From assembly GCA_951406725.2 (NCBI GenBank), contig OX597823.1, positions 95,914,001 to 95,978,000 of the forward strand: a stretch of 64,000 bases of DNA, given 5' to 3'. The position numbers and the translations under genes are program-made. Under the pieces are notes generated by a model. The model saw only the letters and a program-made list of their open reading frames with translations. It was not told the DNA's origin and did not search any database. Shown here in pieces: positions 37,543 through 50,705 of the stretch. Source of the stretch: Octopus vulgaris. Lineage: Eukaryota. Numbering within the stretch: the stretch's first letter is position 1; every line of letters begins with the position of its first letter.

Positions 37543-38069
37543 AATTTTCTTTTAACAGTTTTGACAATATTTTATTTTTAGACTTAAAACTTCTCAGAAC
37601 TAATAAAAGGCAAAGTTGACCTTGGTAGAATTTAAACTAGAAATCATAATATTAAAAGACTTCTCTTGGCTTTATAGTATCAAGATTTGTGTCTGTTAGT
37701 TGGAGATGTAGTAGGAACGAATATATTTTGGTAGCAGCCACCAGTAGACCATCTCTAAAGCTTATCAATTCTAGCAACGGCTGTCTTTAGATATCATAAG
37801 ACAAATTAATACAGCTGTGTAGTAATGGCTTTCTCTATTATGTTTTGTACTATGTAGGAACTATCTGAAGATGTTGTTTTAGCTGCTGTTTCTAGGAGGT
37901 TACCCTCCCACTGATCCAAATGTTCCAGCTGTGAACCCTTTTTAAAAATATATTTCCCAGATACAGAGTATCTAGAACGAAACAATCCAATGTGTCCATT
38001 CTTTTTTTAAGATGTGATTTAATGGAGATGAGGCTGTTAGTCCTTGCTGATCAGGCCATTGTGTATGAC

Positions 38070-38300
38070 AATGGCTCTCAACAGGGCTCCATATAACCCT
38101 TGGGGTCCACATAAGATTTCATGCACAAAATTGGAGATGCTTCTGCAATACACAAAATATTTACATTTTTTTAATCCAATTCCTAATCTAATTACAAAAA
38201 TGTGATTTTCTTAAACACTGACTGGCTATGAGGGTTCACCTGAGTAAAACAGGAATCAAATGGGTTGATAGGTAACAGAAAAAACCCGGCTGATAACTAC
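38070..38300. mobile_element. Decayed hAT-like MITE, related to 41481-41726
   Basis: Shared blocks (accc.t.gg..cc, tgcaata.acaaaatat, aattcctaat, aaacaYtga.tg, ggaatSaaa.ggg) between the two loci; CA...TG-type ends. Confidence 0.5.
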
Positions 38301-39449
38301 TTGTATAGGAGTTCCCTTCATTTATCTGAGATATAGTTTCAGTTATAAGTCACTTTTGTAATTTTAAATTTTCTTCTATCTATTTCTAGAAGGTTTAGAT
38401 TTTGGCCAAGATATAATGAAGCAAGGAACAAGAATTAGGGAATTGGTTTAGAACCGAATATAAACAAGGGATTAATTATGTATTATCATTTAGATGTTCT
38501 GTATATCTCAGCTTGATAATGCCAAACATTTATGTATACTTAGAGTGTATTTCTTTGAAGTTTTGTGTTTACAGCTCAACTTTTTACTTTGAGGGAAACA
38601 TTTGTGGATTAAAACTTTTGATCCTCTTGATAAGGATCAGTTTTAAGTGTTTCATGTTTGTTAAACATGGTTTTTTTTTTTTTCTGTTGGTACAATTTTA
38701 TTTTGGTGTGATTTCGGTCTTTTCTCCAAGACAACAAAATCTCTTTAGTTTGGTATTTTCTCAGTACTTTCTTGCTATTTCTAAACTGCCAAGGGGCTGA
38801 TGTATTATCCACAGAGTTGGTGCTTATTGATCTTGAGTTTGGTTTTGTCTTGGAACAAAATATCACTGTTTACTGTGTTTTCTGTGTAATGTTATATTCC
38901 CAGTAGTAAATAATTTAAATTTTATTTTTTTATTATTTCTAATCTTTATCTGATTGACTAAACAGTTCAGTTTCCTTTTCTGGAAGAATATGAACGGAGT
39001 TACACTGCGAGTCCTAAAACTTGTTGGCAAACTTGCAGCAACAGTGCTGTGGTTATTAGTATTGTAAACAAGTATCCACTCTCACTGCTGACATGTTATA
39101 GGAAATCTGGCTGTTTTGTGTAATTCCTCTTCTACAAGCTTTGTTCGATATAAGGCTACCATACTTGTGTTGATTTGGAAGGGTGACAGCTATGGTCTAC
39201 CAGACTGGGTTGAATAAAAGAAACTAGAAACACCAGCAGTAAAATATAATGGTGGTTGTGATGATGATGATGGTGGTGGTGGCAAGAATTATAGTTACTC
39301 AATAGTATTGTTAGTTGATGTAAATAAACAATTTCTTTTGAGAAATTCCATAAAATGTAAAATAGAAAATTCATTAAAATAGATGATATAATTTTTTTTT
39401 TATAAAATGAACTGTGAAAGGGATTCTTAAAAATTTCTGTGGAGTTTAA

Positions 39450-39585
39450 CCCTTTGAGCCCTGACTGCCTGAACCATATTCGATCCTATACCTTGCTTCC
39501 TGATGCACTCCCCTGGTACAATGATGTTATGGTAAAGAGAAAAATAAGCCATCCACCAGTAAACCAGTGTTACGGGCTCAAAGGG
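39450..39585. mobile_element. 136-bp piggyBac-like MITE
   Basis: TTAA|CCCTTTGAGCCC ... GGGCTCAAAGGG|TTAA: perfect 12-bp TIR. Confidence 0.85.
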
Positions 39586-41480
39586 TTAATAACAAACATT
39601 TTTCTAATGTTTGTTTTTTTGTAGGTAATTGTTTAAAATGACTTATGGTGTCTGATATAGGTGATTATTGGAAATGGAGGAGTTCAGGAGACAGGGTACT
39701 CAGTCATAAGGTCAAAAGTTAGTTTTTCATAGTTTTAAAAGCATTCTGTGGTTTTATGTCAGCACAGATCCCATTTAATAGTGGAGTTGTAATTTGTGGA
39801 AACTCATTTGTGTAGAAATTCACTTATGTAGAAAGATTTGCTTCAGCAGTTTGTATGAATTTATGAAACTTTACCATCCTGTATAATTAATTAATTGGGT
39901 GCTATTATATGAGTCAACCAAAATGTTTTAATGACTTAAAATCACCTTCATTATGAAGTGGGAAATAACTCGGTAATTTTTGTCAAGGAAAGCAACCTTG
40001 AAAGTCAAATGAATTAAAAATTGAATAGGATTGTTGGGTGGCAGGTTCATATAGAAACTCACTAGATCCTAGAATGATTGATGGGATAATGATTTGTAAA
40101 CACTGATAGAATAAAGATTCTCTCAGATTTCGTGCTGAAGAGAGCAAATAATATTGAAACATGTTCAGCTCTCACTGTCTTTGTTAACTATCAGATTCAC
40201 TTCCTTCCTACTTAACACCTTTTTACTTTTTGGGTAATTCTGATTTTGAGTTTGATACTGTCTCTTGACAAAAATTATTAATGCTAATGATCTTTCTTTG
40301 TTTCATGTGTCATTTTAATTGAATAATGTTTGGGGAGATCTCCACATAACTTAGGCTAACGTGTCCCCTACTTAACTGAGAGGCATATCTGGGAGAATTT
40401 TCCTGGGTCTTTGCTGCCCTAGATTTGTTAGAATAGTAAAAAGAGATGTGTTGATTAGTCTCTAAAGAGTTAATTATATAGAAAGAATATTGTAAATTAT
40501 TTAACTATGGTGGTGGTGGTGGAGAGTTGATGGAATGATGTGGAGTTGGTTAAGCTGGCTATTAAAACTGGGTGAAAAGGGGTGAACTAGAAGTGATTTG
40601 GTGCAGGGGCAATGTGAATTGGGTTAAGCTGTAAAATTGGTTGTAACTGAAAAGTTTTCTTTCCTGCAGATGTTATCAGCAACAGACAAACATGTCTGAA
40701 GTGGTGTGAGCCATATGTTGAAATGGGATAACATAAGATGGCAAATCATGATGGAAGATAATTTGAAGAGAGCTGGGTCACAGAAGATGTGGAATAAAAA
40801 CTGTTGGTTGTCTAGTTGTGCTGCTGCCTGACCTCAGAGAGGGTTAAGCAACCATCAGTATTGTTGTTATTCTCCTCATCAGGCTTCTCAGCTTTTGTTT
40901 ATCCTATTTTCACAGCTCACTCCCTGGTTTTGGTGATCTTCTCTGCTCCTTTCTTTTAGATGTTGTGGAGTAGGGCTTTAGCTGTGGGAGAGTGAATGTC
41001 TTTATTGCAAATTTTCGGGTGTATAGAGTGAGTCAAGCATTCCTTTAGATATGCCCCACTTATACTATTTATAAGCCTTGTCTATCATCATCATTTAACG
41101 TCTGTTTTTCCATGCTGGCATGGGTTGGATAGTTTGACAGGAGGTGGCAAACCGGAGGGCTGTACCAGGCTCTAGTCATCTATTTTGGCATGATGTCTAT
41201 GGCTGGATGCCCTTCCTAATGCCAAGGCCATTTCTGTTGTTGGTTGAAAGTTGTAAGGAAAAACCAAGGTGCTTTAATGGCTGTAAGAGTTGTTCTCATT
41301 TCAAGAAGACGAGACTCTTTGTATCTTATCACCACCATCATCACTTCTTCTATTTCTGCAGCATCCATCTTGTTTTATATAAAATAGTTCAGGTTTGGGG
41401 AGAAAAAAAAAATTATGGATGTGTCACAATGAAAGTGATGAAAAGGCAGGTTTAATGTGTTTAGACTATTGAGTCTAAAC

Positions 41481-41726
41481 CAGGAGCCACATGACCCTTA
41501 AGGATCCTTATTAGATTTTACTGTTAACATTTTGGTGCAGTAGATTAGTTATACTTTTACAATGCACAAAATATTGTAACAATTTTTAAAAAATAAAATT
41601 CCTAGTAATATTTAATTATAAAAATATAATAGGATTTTTTAAAACATTGAATGATTAGGAGAGTCCATTAGAGTGAAATAGGGATGAAAGGGGTCCATTG
41701 GGGGAAAAATGATTGTGAACCACTGG
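41481..41726. mobile_element. Decayed hAT-like MITE
   Basis: CAG... start and ...gaaccaCTG end; internal similarity to 38070-38300. Confidence 0.5.
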
Positions 41727-42836
41727 TTTAGATACTTGGGATGGGTTAGCCTTGTAAGTAGTAGTAAGATTAGCTAATGGGTTAGTTCAGCATTGAGTCT
41801 GTGATTACAAGGGGGTTAGAAAGTGGGAGTCTGTCTTTAGAAAAAAATGTTATCAAGTAGATGCACTTTTTCCTAGCATCTGTGTAGCTGCACCAATCTA
41901 GATGTGAGAATGGTTGCGTGGTAGTGTATTTCTTCATGAACTGATGACCAGCACATGGATAGATAAGAATCATTGTTAGGCCCATAAAAGGGATACCCAG
42001 CCTCATGTTGAAATATGTTTTCCATGAAAAGTTAAAAGGAAATTTGTAAAGCTTTAGTTGAAAGCCATTTTCTTTTTGTGCTCCTTATAACACACGAACT
42101 CACATAAAGAATCTTGCAAACCAAATCCCAAAACGAAATATTTAGTTGAAAGGTTACCATCTAATTCTGGGTAGAGTTAGGATTAAACACATTGCATCCC
42201 TGGTTACCTGTTTTTTTTCTAAATATAATGTATCAAGGCCTTCATTATTCAGTGTGATCATTACTTCTTAAACAGTTGGCTGGGATTTGAGGAAGATATT
42301 GTTGCTATTTCTTGCCAGCTGAGCTGCTTTACATGACTTTATATTGGATCAGTAGTGTTCCATTTTGTGTTTGTTAAACCATCTTCTCTTCTTATTCTAA
42401 TATTTTATATGATACACAAATTAGAGGAAAGTGGATGGCTTATTCCTTTTCAAAATGATAAAATAATAATTAATAAATATTATTTCTAAGTTAATACGAA
42501 ACAAACTTTTAAAAAGGTAGCTTTTAAAGATGTCTACCTTATGTTGAAATACACATTCCGTGATTCTGCTGGGATTAGGTTTACCAACCAACAGGACTGT
42601 TACCATCTGTGTACTCTCCATTCTTCCTGTCAAGTTACCATCTGTATTGTCTTAACATGTGTACACATGCACAAAAATATACACCCACACTTTCTCTACA
42701 TATCTACACTCTCACACGCACACAACTATGCTTAAGCTATGGGGCTAATCATATACATATAAGCAGACAAAACCTTTTACTGGTTCTAATATTCTAGTTC
42801 CTAATTCAAAATGTTTATTTATCATCAATACACACA

Positions 42837-43320
42837 TCATCATCATCATCGTTTAACGTCCGTTTTCCATGCTAGCATGGGCTGGATGGTTCGACCGGGG
42901 TTTGGGAAGCCAGGAAGTTGCTCCAGTCTGATCTGGCAGTGTTTCTACAGCTTGATGGCCTTCCTAATACCTACCACTCCGTGAGTGTAGTCGGTGTTTT
43001 TTACGTGCCACCGGCACAGGGGCCAGGAGGCTGGCAATGGCCACGATCAGTTGGTTCTTTTTACGTGCCACTGGCATGGAAGCCAGTTAAGGTGGCGCTG
43101 GCATCAACCACGTTTGGATGGTGCTTTTTATGTGCCACCAGCACAGGTATCACAACTACAATTTCCATTTGATTTTCATTTTGATGTTGATGTACTTGAC
43201 TCAATAGGTCTCCTCAAGCACAACAGGTTGCCCTATGATCTAAGGTAAGCACAGTAGGTCGTCCTACGATCCAAGGTACACTTGAATGGGCCGGGGCTGG
43301 TTATGCGAAACTGGTGTTGG
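42837..43320 (-). mobile_element. Family B element with VNTR and probable RTE-LINE 3' coding remnant
   Basis: (CAT)n tail and three gtgccacY.gca repeats, then a segment whose minus strand ends ...PVVLEETY*, like the end of an RTE ORF. Confidence 0.7.
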
Positions 43321-43418
43321 ATGTATATCTGTTTTTTCATACACATAAACACTCACACTCACTTTTATGCAAAGCTTGAAAAATTCATACATACATATAT
43401 ATATATATCAGAAATTAT

Positions 43419-43789
43419 AACAAGAGCACTCAGAGAGTGCAAACCTCCGCCAAGGCAACACCAATGTCCTCTCAACGATTAGCCAGAGATGAATTTTAAA
43501 ATGAGAATATCTGAAATAAACTCGACTGCTCTCACAAACGAGAGTACTAAAAACAAACCTGACCACTCTCAAAAATTAAGTAAAAAAAAAAAATGAGGAA
43601 AAATAATCCAGAATCCTTGTCCAGTACCAGATCAATCCCAAGATCTACTCAGTTCATGCCAGTCATGAGGCCAAACACCCCTGAAAGCTTCACCCGAATC
43701 CATCCACTGGTTCTCAAGTTATCTTGTTCATGGACAAACAAACATGATTGGAAACAATACCTCCGCCTTAGCGAAGGTGGAGGTAATAA
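43419..43789 (-). mobile_element. Helentron-associated non-autonomous element (HINE/DINE-1-like)
   Basis: Minus strand: TTATTACCTCCACC subTIR with nearby inverted GGCGGAGGTA, a 3' subTIR GGCGGAGGT, then hairpin GCACTC-TCT-GAGTGC and TCTTGTT end. Confidence 0.75.
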
Positions 43790-44369
43790 ACACGAGATTG
43801 TCATTTGTTCTTAAGTACCTTTCACTGTCATGGTTATTTGTAATCTTTGCAGCAGATGTTCCAAACACAGTTGAATGCTGAACTACAACAGACCATCAAG
43901 GAAATCGTTTATTGCATTATGTTACACGCACGCACGCACGTGCACAGAGAATGTGCCACAGAGAGACAAAGAAATTTACAAAAAAACTAAAGAGGAATGT
44001 AAACATACCCTACCTCTCATCAACCGTTGGCCAAACATCATCACAGTTTCCATATCTTCCGAAAGTGTTGTTTAGTTTGGTGGTGTCAGCAATGTGGAAG
44101 CTACTGGGATATGAATAAGTGGACACAAAAGACTGGACAGGCAGAGAAAATAGTTTAGACAAGCTTGGTATCAGAAAAGTCTTGACTGAATGGTAAATTA
44201 AGTTGAGTTTTGGAGAGACTGGAGACAAAAAAAATACAAAACAAAACGTCTATATAAATACATAGTCTTTTGATATGACAGATTATGTATGTATATATAC
44301 ATACACACACTCTTTATCCTTCCATCGCCTGGCCTAAAGCCAGCTCCTTCAAGACTCTTTCACCCTAAT

Positions 44370-44590
44370 TTGAAGAGTGTCTTGTGAGCTAGGTGGTGAC
44401 CTCTCTATTGCCAGTGCTACATAAAATCACTGAGCAAACTCTGAAGTGGTTGGTGTGAAGGAGGGCATCCAGCTGTAGAGGCCATGCCGAAACAGACAAA
44501 TGGAGCTCGATGCAATCCTCTGGCTTGCCAGCCCCCTGTTAAACTGCTTGACCCATGCTAGCATGTTAAATGGGCATTAAATGATGATGA
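44370..44590 (+). mobile_element. Family B retroposon fragment
   Basis: gagggcatccagctgtag...cccatgctagcatg...cattaaatgatgatga. Confidence 0.7.
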
Positions 44591-45418
44591 CTTGCACATG
44601 CTCCAGCATGGCCACAGTCAAATGACTGAAACAAGTAAAAGATTTAAAAAAAAAAGACTACACACACGCACACACACACATTCATATTATACAAATATAG
44701 ATTGATCCTTATGATTTCCCCCACTGTAAACACTGTGTGTGTGTGTGTATAATATTTTTGGTTATTTATTTTTTATTAGTAATAATAGGTGAAGATGATC
44801 CAAAGGGTTTTAGCTGAATCTGTTGCCGGACTGATTATAGCAAAGATGTTTATGTATGGAGGGTGTATTTTAGTAAATTTCATATATGGAAGCTACTACT
44901 GCCAATGAAAGATAAGTTGCTGAAAATATCTCCCACTAATCATATGTTTGTGAGAATTCAGTAGAAACATTTTTGATGGTAAGAATAACAGAAGCAACAG
45001 GAAGTAGTTTCCTTATCATAGAATGTACTCCCCCACACCCTGTACTTGGTGGAAAATAGGTAACACATATTCAGTGACCCCCAGCTATATATTTTCCCTC
45101 TGGAATACTATTTTATGATGTAAAAAAGAAATAAATAGACAGCAAGATTTCCAATTGTGTTGCATCTTGTAAGTGTAACAGTCATTATTTAAAATTGCAT
45201 TTCTCTTTGGCTTTGGTCACAGCTTGTCTCTTTGTGTTGTTATAAACAGCAGTTATTTGCTTGGTAAATCATTTATTTTACTCACTTTCTTCAACTACTA
45301 TTGTGGGTTAGTCCTTTAACTCAACCCATAACCAAGCAGATTTATTGTCTTGAGGTGTTGCAGTGATGACTTCTTGTTGTTTCTGTTTCAGATATAGTGT
45401 AGGTTGTAGGGTTTAGAG

Positions 45419-45593
45419 CAGTGTTTTTCAGACTTTTTTCAAACTGAAGGGTTGGGACCCACACGTTGGAAAACGCTGGTTTATGTTCTGCACTCTGTAC
45501 CCACTTGTGTTCCTTTTTCTTTCCTTTTTTGTTACGACCCATTTTATCTTGCGATCCACTGAAGGGTTGGGACCCGTAGTTTGCAAAACACTG
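45419..45593. mobile_element. 175-bp hAT-type MITE
   Basis: TIR CAGTGTTTT/AAAACACTG; perfect 8-bp TSD GTTTAGAG at 45411-45418 and 45594-45601; internal direct repeat ctgaagggttgggaccc. Confidence 0.9.
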
Positions 45594-46519
45594 GTTTAGA
45601 GGATGCCATTTGACAGATTTAGCTGCTGTTTCTTGAAGGCCAAGCAACTATGCAGGTGTTTACTTGGTGGCTCAGATGAAATATATAGGTTCCACGCTCA
45701 CTCAATTCACAGTCGAATGGTTAACGTCGTGTGTGTGTGAGGCAAGTAAATTCCCAAGGGCTTGGATATGAAGCTTGCCAGATTTGGAGTTACGTGTTTA
45801 TCTTATGCTTAATGAAATAGTTTTCTAAAGTTGACGATGGGGGGTAGCGGCTGCTTAAATCGTCATATCTTTCCTTTTCCTCACAGCAAAGAAATATCTG
45901 AAAAGGCTGTTTATTATCATCAGAAAACAGAATTAAGAAAACACAATATTAAACCTCCTCTTTTAATTTTGTTCTGTGTCGTCTTTATCTTGCAAACATT
46001 GTCTTCAGTCTTTCCCTTTTGTTAAGATTATCAGGCTTGTCAACAACAACAATAATAATAATAATGATGATGATAATAAAAAGTATGCCTCATGCTAGGT
46101 GTTAAATCATTGACAATAACTGAATTAGGAATTTCCTTTCTAATTAACCAGCTATAATTAACTGTCAGCTTCCCTGTGTTATATTGTCAACGAAGGTTTC
46201 TTTTGTTAAATGAGGGTCTCCTCACTGGAACAGGACACCATGTTTTTCAGAATTTTTTAAAACATTGTTTCAGAGTTTCTTTCATAAGAGAAGCAGTCTT
46301 TCCTGACAAATGATTCATGTCTGGTTAACATTTTTGTATTTAATGAGGGTGGTGAGGGTAGAGTTAATATCTTTTAAAGGGTTTTTTTTTTTTTGGTTTT
46401 GATGAAAATTACAGATTTACTTTATTGGGAATTAAATAAAAGTGAATTTTGAAGAGATATAGGTATTTTAAAGACCCTTTTACATGCCTTATTGTCAAGC
46501 ATTAGGAATAGATATATGC

Positions 46520-46910
46520 ATGCATAGACATGGCTGTGTGGTAAGAAGCTTGCTTTCCAATCACACAGTTTCCAGGTTCTGTCCCACTGTGTGACATCTT
46601 GGCAGATGGCTTCTATTGTAGCCTCGGGCTGACCAAAGCCTTGTGAGTGGACTTGGCAGACGGAAACTGGAAGAAGCCTATAGTATAAATGTGTGTGTCT
46701 GTGTTTGTGTCCCACCATCACTTGATAACTGGTATTGGTGTGTTTACATCCCTGTAACTTAGCAGTTTGGCAAAAGAAACTGATAGAATAAGTACAGGCT
46801 TAGAATAAAAAAAATATGTTCTAGTCAATTCTTTCAGCTAAAAATTGGGGATGGGGGACAGTGCCCCAGCATGGCCGTAGTGTAATGACTCAAACAAGTA
46901 AAAGATAAAA
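46520..46910 (+). mobile_element. SINE family A
   Basis: Full head-to-tail match to family A. Confidence 0.85.
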
Positions 46911-47373
46911 AGTGTGTGTGTGTATTTCACATTCATTTTTAATGCTAGCATGGGAGTGGGTGGGTGGGTTGGAGCAATTGTTTTTACAGCTGGTTGCTTT
47001 TACCTGCTGTGAACCACTTGAACCACACACACACATGCATTAAGCTGGTGTCACACCATTATTTGCAGACAGACTGTTTTTACTTCCAATAAGAAGTTTG
47101 AGGAGTGGTTGCCCATAACTTTTATAGGTTTCTTTTCCAGACTGGTGAATTTGATTCCTCTGATAAAACCAGTCCAAACATCTGCAGGCCAGTGTCTGCA
47201 GGAAAATTATGGCTTCGGAGAAAATGGGCGAAAGCCTGAGCAGAAGAATTTTTTTTAAAGACTCGCCATTACTAAAGGATGGTGTTCAACAGGGAAAGGC
47301 ATTCGGTCTTAAGTGGTGATGTAGAGTTTGTAGGTTAATATTCCTGACTCTTCATGTATATCCAGTGTGTATA

Positions 47374-47544
47374 GGCGCAGGAGTGGCTGTGTGGTAAGTA
47401 GCTTGCCTACCAACTACATGGTTCTGGGTTCAGTCCCACTGCGTGACACCTTGGGCAAGTGTCTTCTACTATAGCCTCGGGCTGACCAATGCCTTGTGAG
47501 TGGATTTGGTAGACGGAAACTGAAAGAAGCCTGTCGTATATATG

Positions 47545-47581
<37 letters not shown>

Positions 47582-47799
47582 GTGTGTGTTTGTATGTCTG
47601 TGTTTGTCCCCCTAGCATTGCTTGACAACCAATGCTGGTGTGTTTACGTCCCCGTCACTTAGCGGTTCGGCAAAAGAGACCGATAGAATAAGTACTGGGC
47701 TTACAAAGAATAAGCCCCGGAGTCGATTTGCTCAACTAAAGGTGGTGCTCCAGCATGGCCGCAGTCAAATGACTGAAACAAGTAAAAAAAAAAAAAGAG
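47374..47799 (+). mobile_element. SINE family A, best-preserved copy
   Basis: A box (TGGCTGTGTGG), B box (GGTTCAGTCCC), central (TA)n/(TG)n, retained CpGs, and tail ggtgctccagcatggccgcagtcaaatgactgaaacaagtaaaa. Confidence 0.9.
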
Positions 47800-47817
47800 T
47801 GTGTGCATGCGTATGTA

Positions 47818-48150
47818 GGCAGGCATGTGGCTTGGTGGTTAGGGCATTTGGCTGCTCACAATTGTAAGGTGGTAGGTTCATTTCTTGGACCAAATGCCAC
47901 ATTGCCCCTTAAATAAATGGACATTTCCTATTGTTCCAGTTTGCTCAGCTAACTGCTGCTAGTGTAACTCTCTCTCTGTCTCTCCCTCCCTCCAGCAAGC
48001 ATGAGAGGGTTACGATGGTTGTAATGCATGTGCCTGGTGTACCCTTATCAGACGGGTAGTCATGATGGGTATATTGGACTTCATAGATTTGTACCCCTCC
48101 CCTGTGTCACTTTGATGGTGTGTATTGCTCTCTCTCTAATTATAATAATA
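47818..48150 (+). mobile_element. tRNA-derived SINE family E ending in (AAT)n
   Basis: Head tggcttggtggttagggc...aggttca; 3' tacccttatcagacgggtagtcatgatggg...gtgtcactttgatgg...ctctctctaattataataata. Confidence 0.55.
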
Positions 48151-48175
48151 ATAATGATGATGATTATAGTAATGG

Positions 48176-49236
48176 TTTCAAATTTTGCTCCAAGGGCAGC
48201 AATTTTTTGGTGGAAGGGATGAGTCAATTCCATTGACCCATAGTGTTCAACTGGTACTTATTTTATCGACCCTGAAAGAATGAAAGGTAAAGTTGACCGT
48301 GGCAGAATTTTAATAATAATATCAGCATGTGCAGCAGGTGTGGCAGCGGAAATTTCCACGAAACTATTGTCAAATAATAATAATTCTTTGTGATTTTGGT
48401 ACAGAGCCAACACGTTTGAGGGAAGGGGCTTAATTGATTACATCAACCCCAGTGCTTAACTGGGTCACAAAAAGGATAAAAGGCAAAATCGACCTCAGCA
48501 GAATTTGAACTCAGAATGTAAAGAGCTGGAAGGAAATGCTGCTAAGCATTTTGTCTACTGCGCTACCAGTTCTATCAGCTTACCTCGTTAATAACTTTTT
48601 TTTTTTGTAATTTTGACTGTAGGCCAATAATTTTAGTGGCCAAGTGATTAGTTGATTGCATCAACCTCAGTGCTCAATTTTATCAACCCTGAAAGGATGA
48701 AAGGCAAAGTCGATTTCGGTAGTATTTGAACTCAAACATAATGTGCTGAAAGAAATGCTGCCAAGTGTTTTGTCTGGCACACTAACAATTCTGCTAAGTC
48801 AACACCTTAATAATAATCCTTTCTACTCTAGGCACAAAGCCTGGAAAATTTGGGGTGATGGGGCAGGTGCTCCAGTGCACAACTGGTATTCTATTGACCC
48901 TGAAAAGATGAAGGGCAAAGTCAACCGTAGTGGAATTTGAACTCACAACATAGAAACAAAGCTAAGCATTTTGCCCAGTGTGCAAATGATTCTGCCAACT
49001 TGCCACCTTTATAATAATAATAATAATAATAATTTCTAATATAGGCACAGGGCTTGAAATTTGGAGGGAGGGGCTAAGTTGATTACATTAACCCCAGTTC
49101 ATAACTGGTACTTATTTCATCAACCCTGAAAGGCAAAGTTGACCTTGGTGGAGTTTGAACTCAGAACGTAGCAATGAGCAAAATACTGCTAAGCATAATG
49201 ATTCTGCCAGCTCGCCTAATAATAATAATAATAATA
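48176..49236 (-). mobile_element. Array of five family N SINEs separated by (AAT)n or AT-rich spacers
   Basis: Copies at ~48176, 48384, 48604, 48818 and 49032, all in the same orientation. Confidence 0.85.
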
Positions 49237-49446
49237 AAGGAAAAATTACACAAGTGCTACGATTATTTGTTTCCTCGGCCACTATAATAAAAACTTCATT
49301 TTCTCAAGCACCCTCTAGAGGTGAGTGTGGTTTAAGCGCTAGGCTCTGTAACGGTCATGGCAAAATTCTCTCCCACCCACATACAATTTCTTCATTAGAA
49401 TAAATTTTTGATTTCAACTAATACTTGGAATTTTAATGATCTGAAG

Positions 49447-49473
49447 TTAGGGTTAGGGTTAGGGTTAGGGTTA
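49447..49473 (+). repeat. Interstitial telomeric-type repeat (TTAGGG)4TTA
   Basis: ttagggttagggttagggttagggtta. Confidence 0.9.
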
Positions 49474-50631
49474 CTTCTAATTAACAACAATGTATTTTTA
49501 AAGAATTTGAAAAAAAAAAACAAAACAATCCAAATTCATAAGAGGAACCATTTTTGTTTTAAACCAGTCATTCCTTGACAGGCTTGGGGTGAGCAGGGGA
49601 AAAAAACCGGCAAAATGGTTTTAATGACCTATATAAAAATACCACTTGTCACTAACTGCTCATTTTTTTGTTGCATTTCAACATCTCTCTCTTTCTCTCT
49701 TTTCACTTTTCTATTTTTTCTTTCTTCTTCTGTCCCTAAAACCTGCCTTGTCTACAGTTCCTCTTAGCTAGCTAGTGTGTGCATGTGTGTGTGTGCATGC
49801 ATGCATGCGTGTGTGTGTGTGTGTGCTCGTGTAGTTCTATTTAGCAGCAGCTACCATTATTCTGTGTCAACTCTTGTCTGACACATGACAAGAGTATGTT
49901 GGACTGTGTTACTGCATCACTCTCAAACTCCACACCCAAGCCAACAATATTTCGTCTGTGAATGTATATACAATGTACATCCTACCAATATGTGTGTGTG
50001 TGCATATAATATATATATACACACACATGTACGCACACAAAGCGTTTATGAAACTGGGATAGCAATATAGTTTAAATATTTTTTTCTCTCATATTCAAAA
50101 CTTTTTACTGTTTGTTGCATTTTCAATAATTATGTCAATATATATATAATAGCAAGAAGGGTTGAAAAAGTTAAATGTATTTAAAATGATGAGGATAATA
50201 ACGTTAATTGAAGTTGAAGGAACTCTGTATTTCTTCTGTAACAATGGACCTGAGCAAAGTTCTCTGACTCATTTCAATTCACAACCGCCTTTATATAAAC
50301 AGAAGACAGTTTGGCCAACTGTGTTAGTCATTAGCAAATTTCTACACTTGCACTAAAGGCTCTCTTTTCTTTTCTTTTTCCATTTTGTTTTTGTGGGTGG
50401 GTAAAGTTTGTTGGCACTTTTCTTTCAGTAGATAATTCTTTAATTAATATCAGTACAGTAGGTTATTCTTAACTAATCAGACTATGTATTCTAAATGATG
50501 GTACCACAGCAAAGGAACTGTTGTACCCAAAGCTGTTTGGTTTAAACATTAGCACCCAAACCAACATTAATAAGTTTACCATAACCAGTTTTAAAGTTAA
50601 GATGGAAATTAAATATTATTATGAGGGGAAA

Positions 50632-50633
<2 letters not shown>

Positions 50634-50702
<69 letters not shown>
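50634..50702. repeat. (TA)n microsatellite, representative of many in the window
   Basis: Perfect TA run of about 34 units. Confidence 0.95.

Positions 50703-50705
<3 letters not shown>

Noticed and set aside
45837-46025. MGGSGC... ORF resembling a myristoylated N-terminus
   Set aside because: No FMNL similarity and no donor site in the phase needed.
47374-47450. tRNA gene
   Set aside because: Only A/B boxes of a SINE head; no complete cloverleaf, and it continues into the repeat body.
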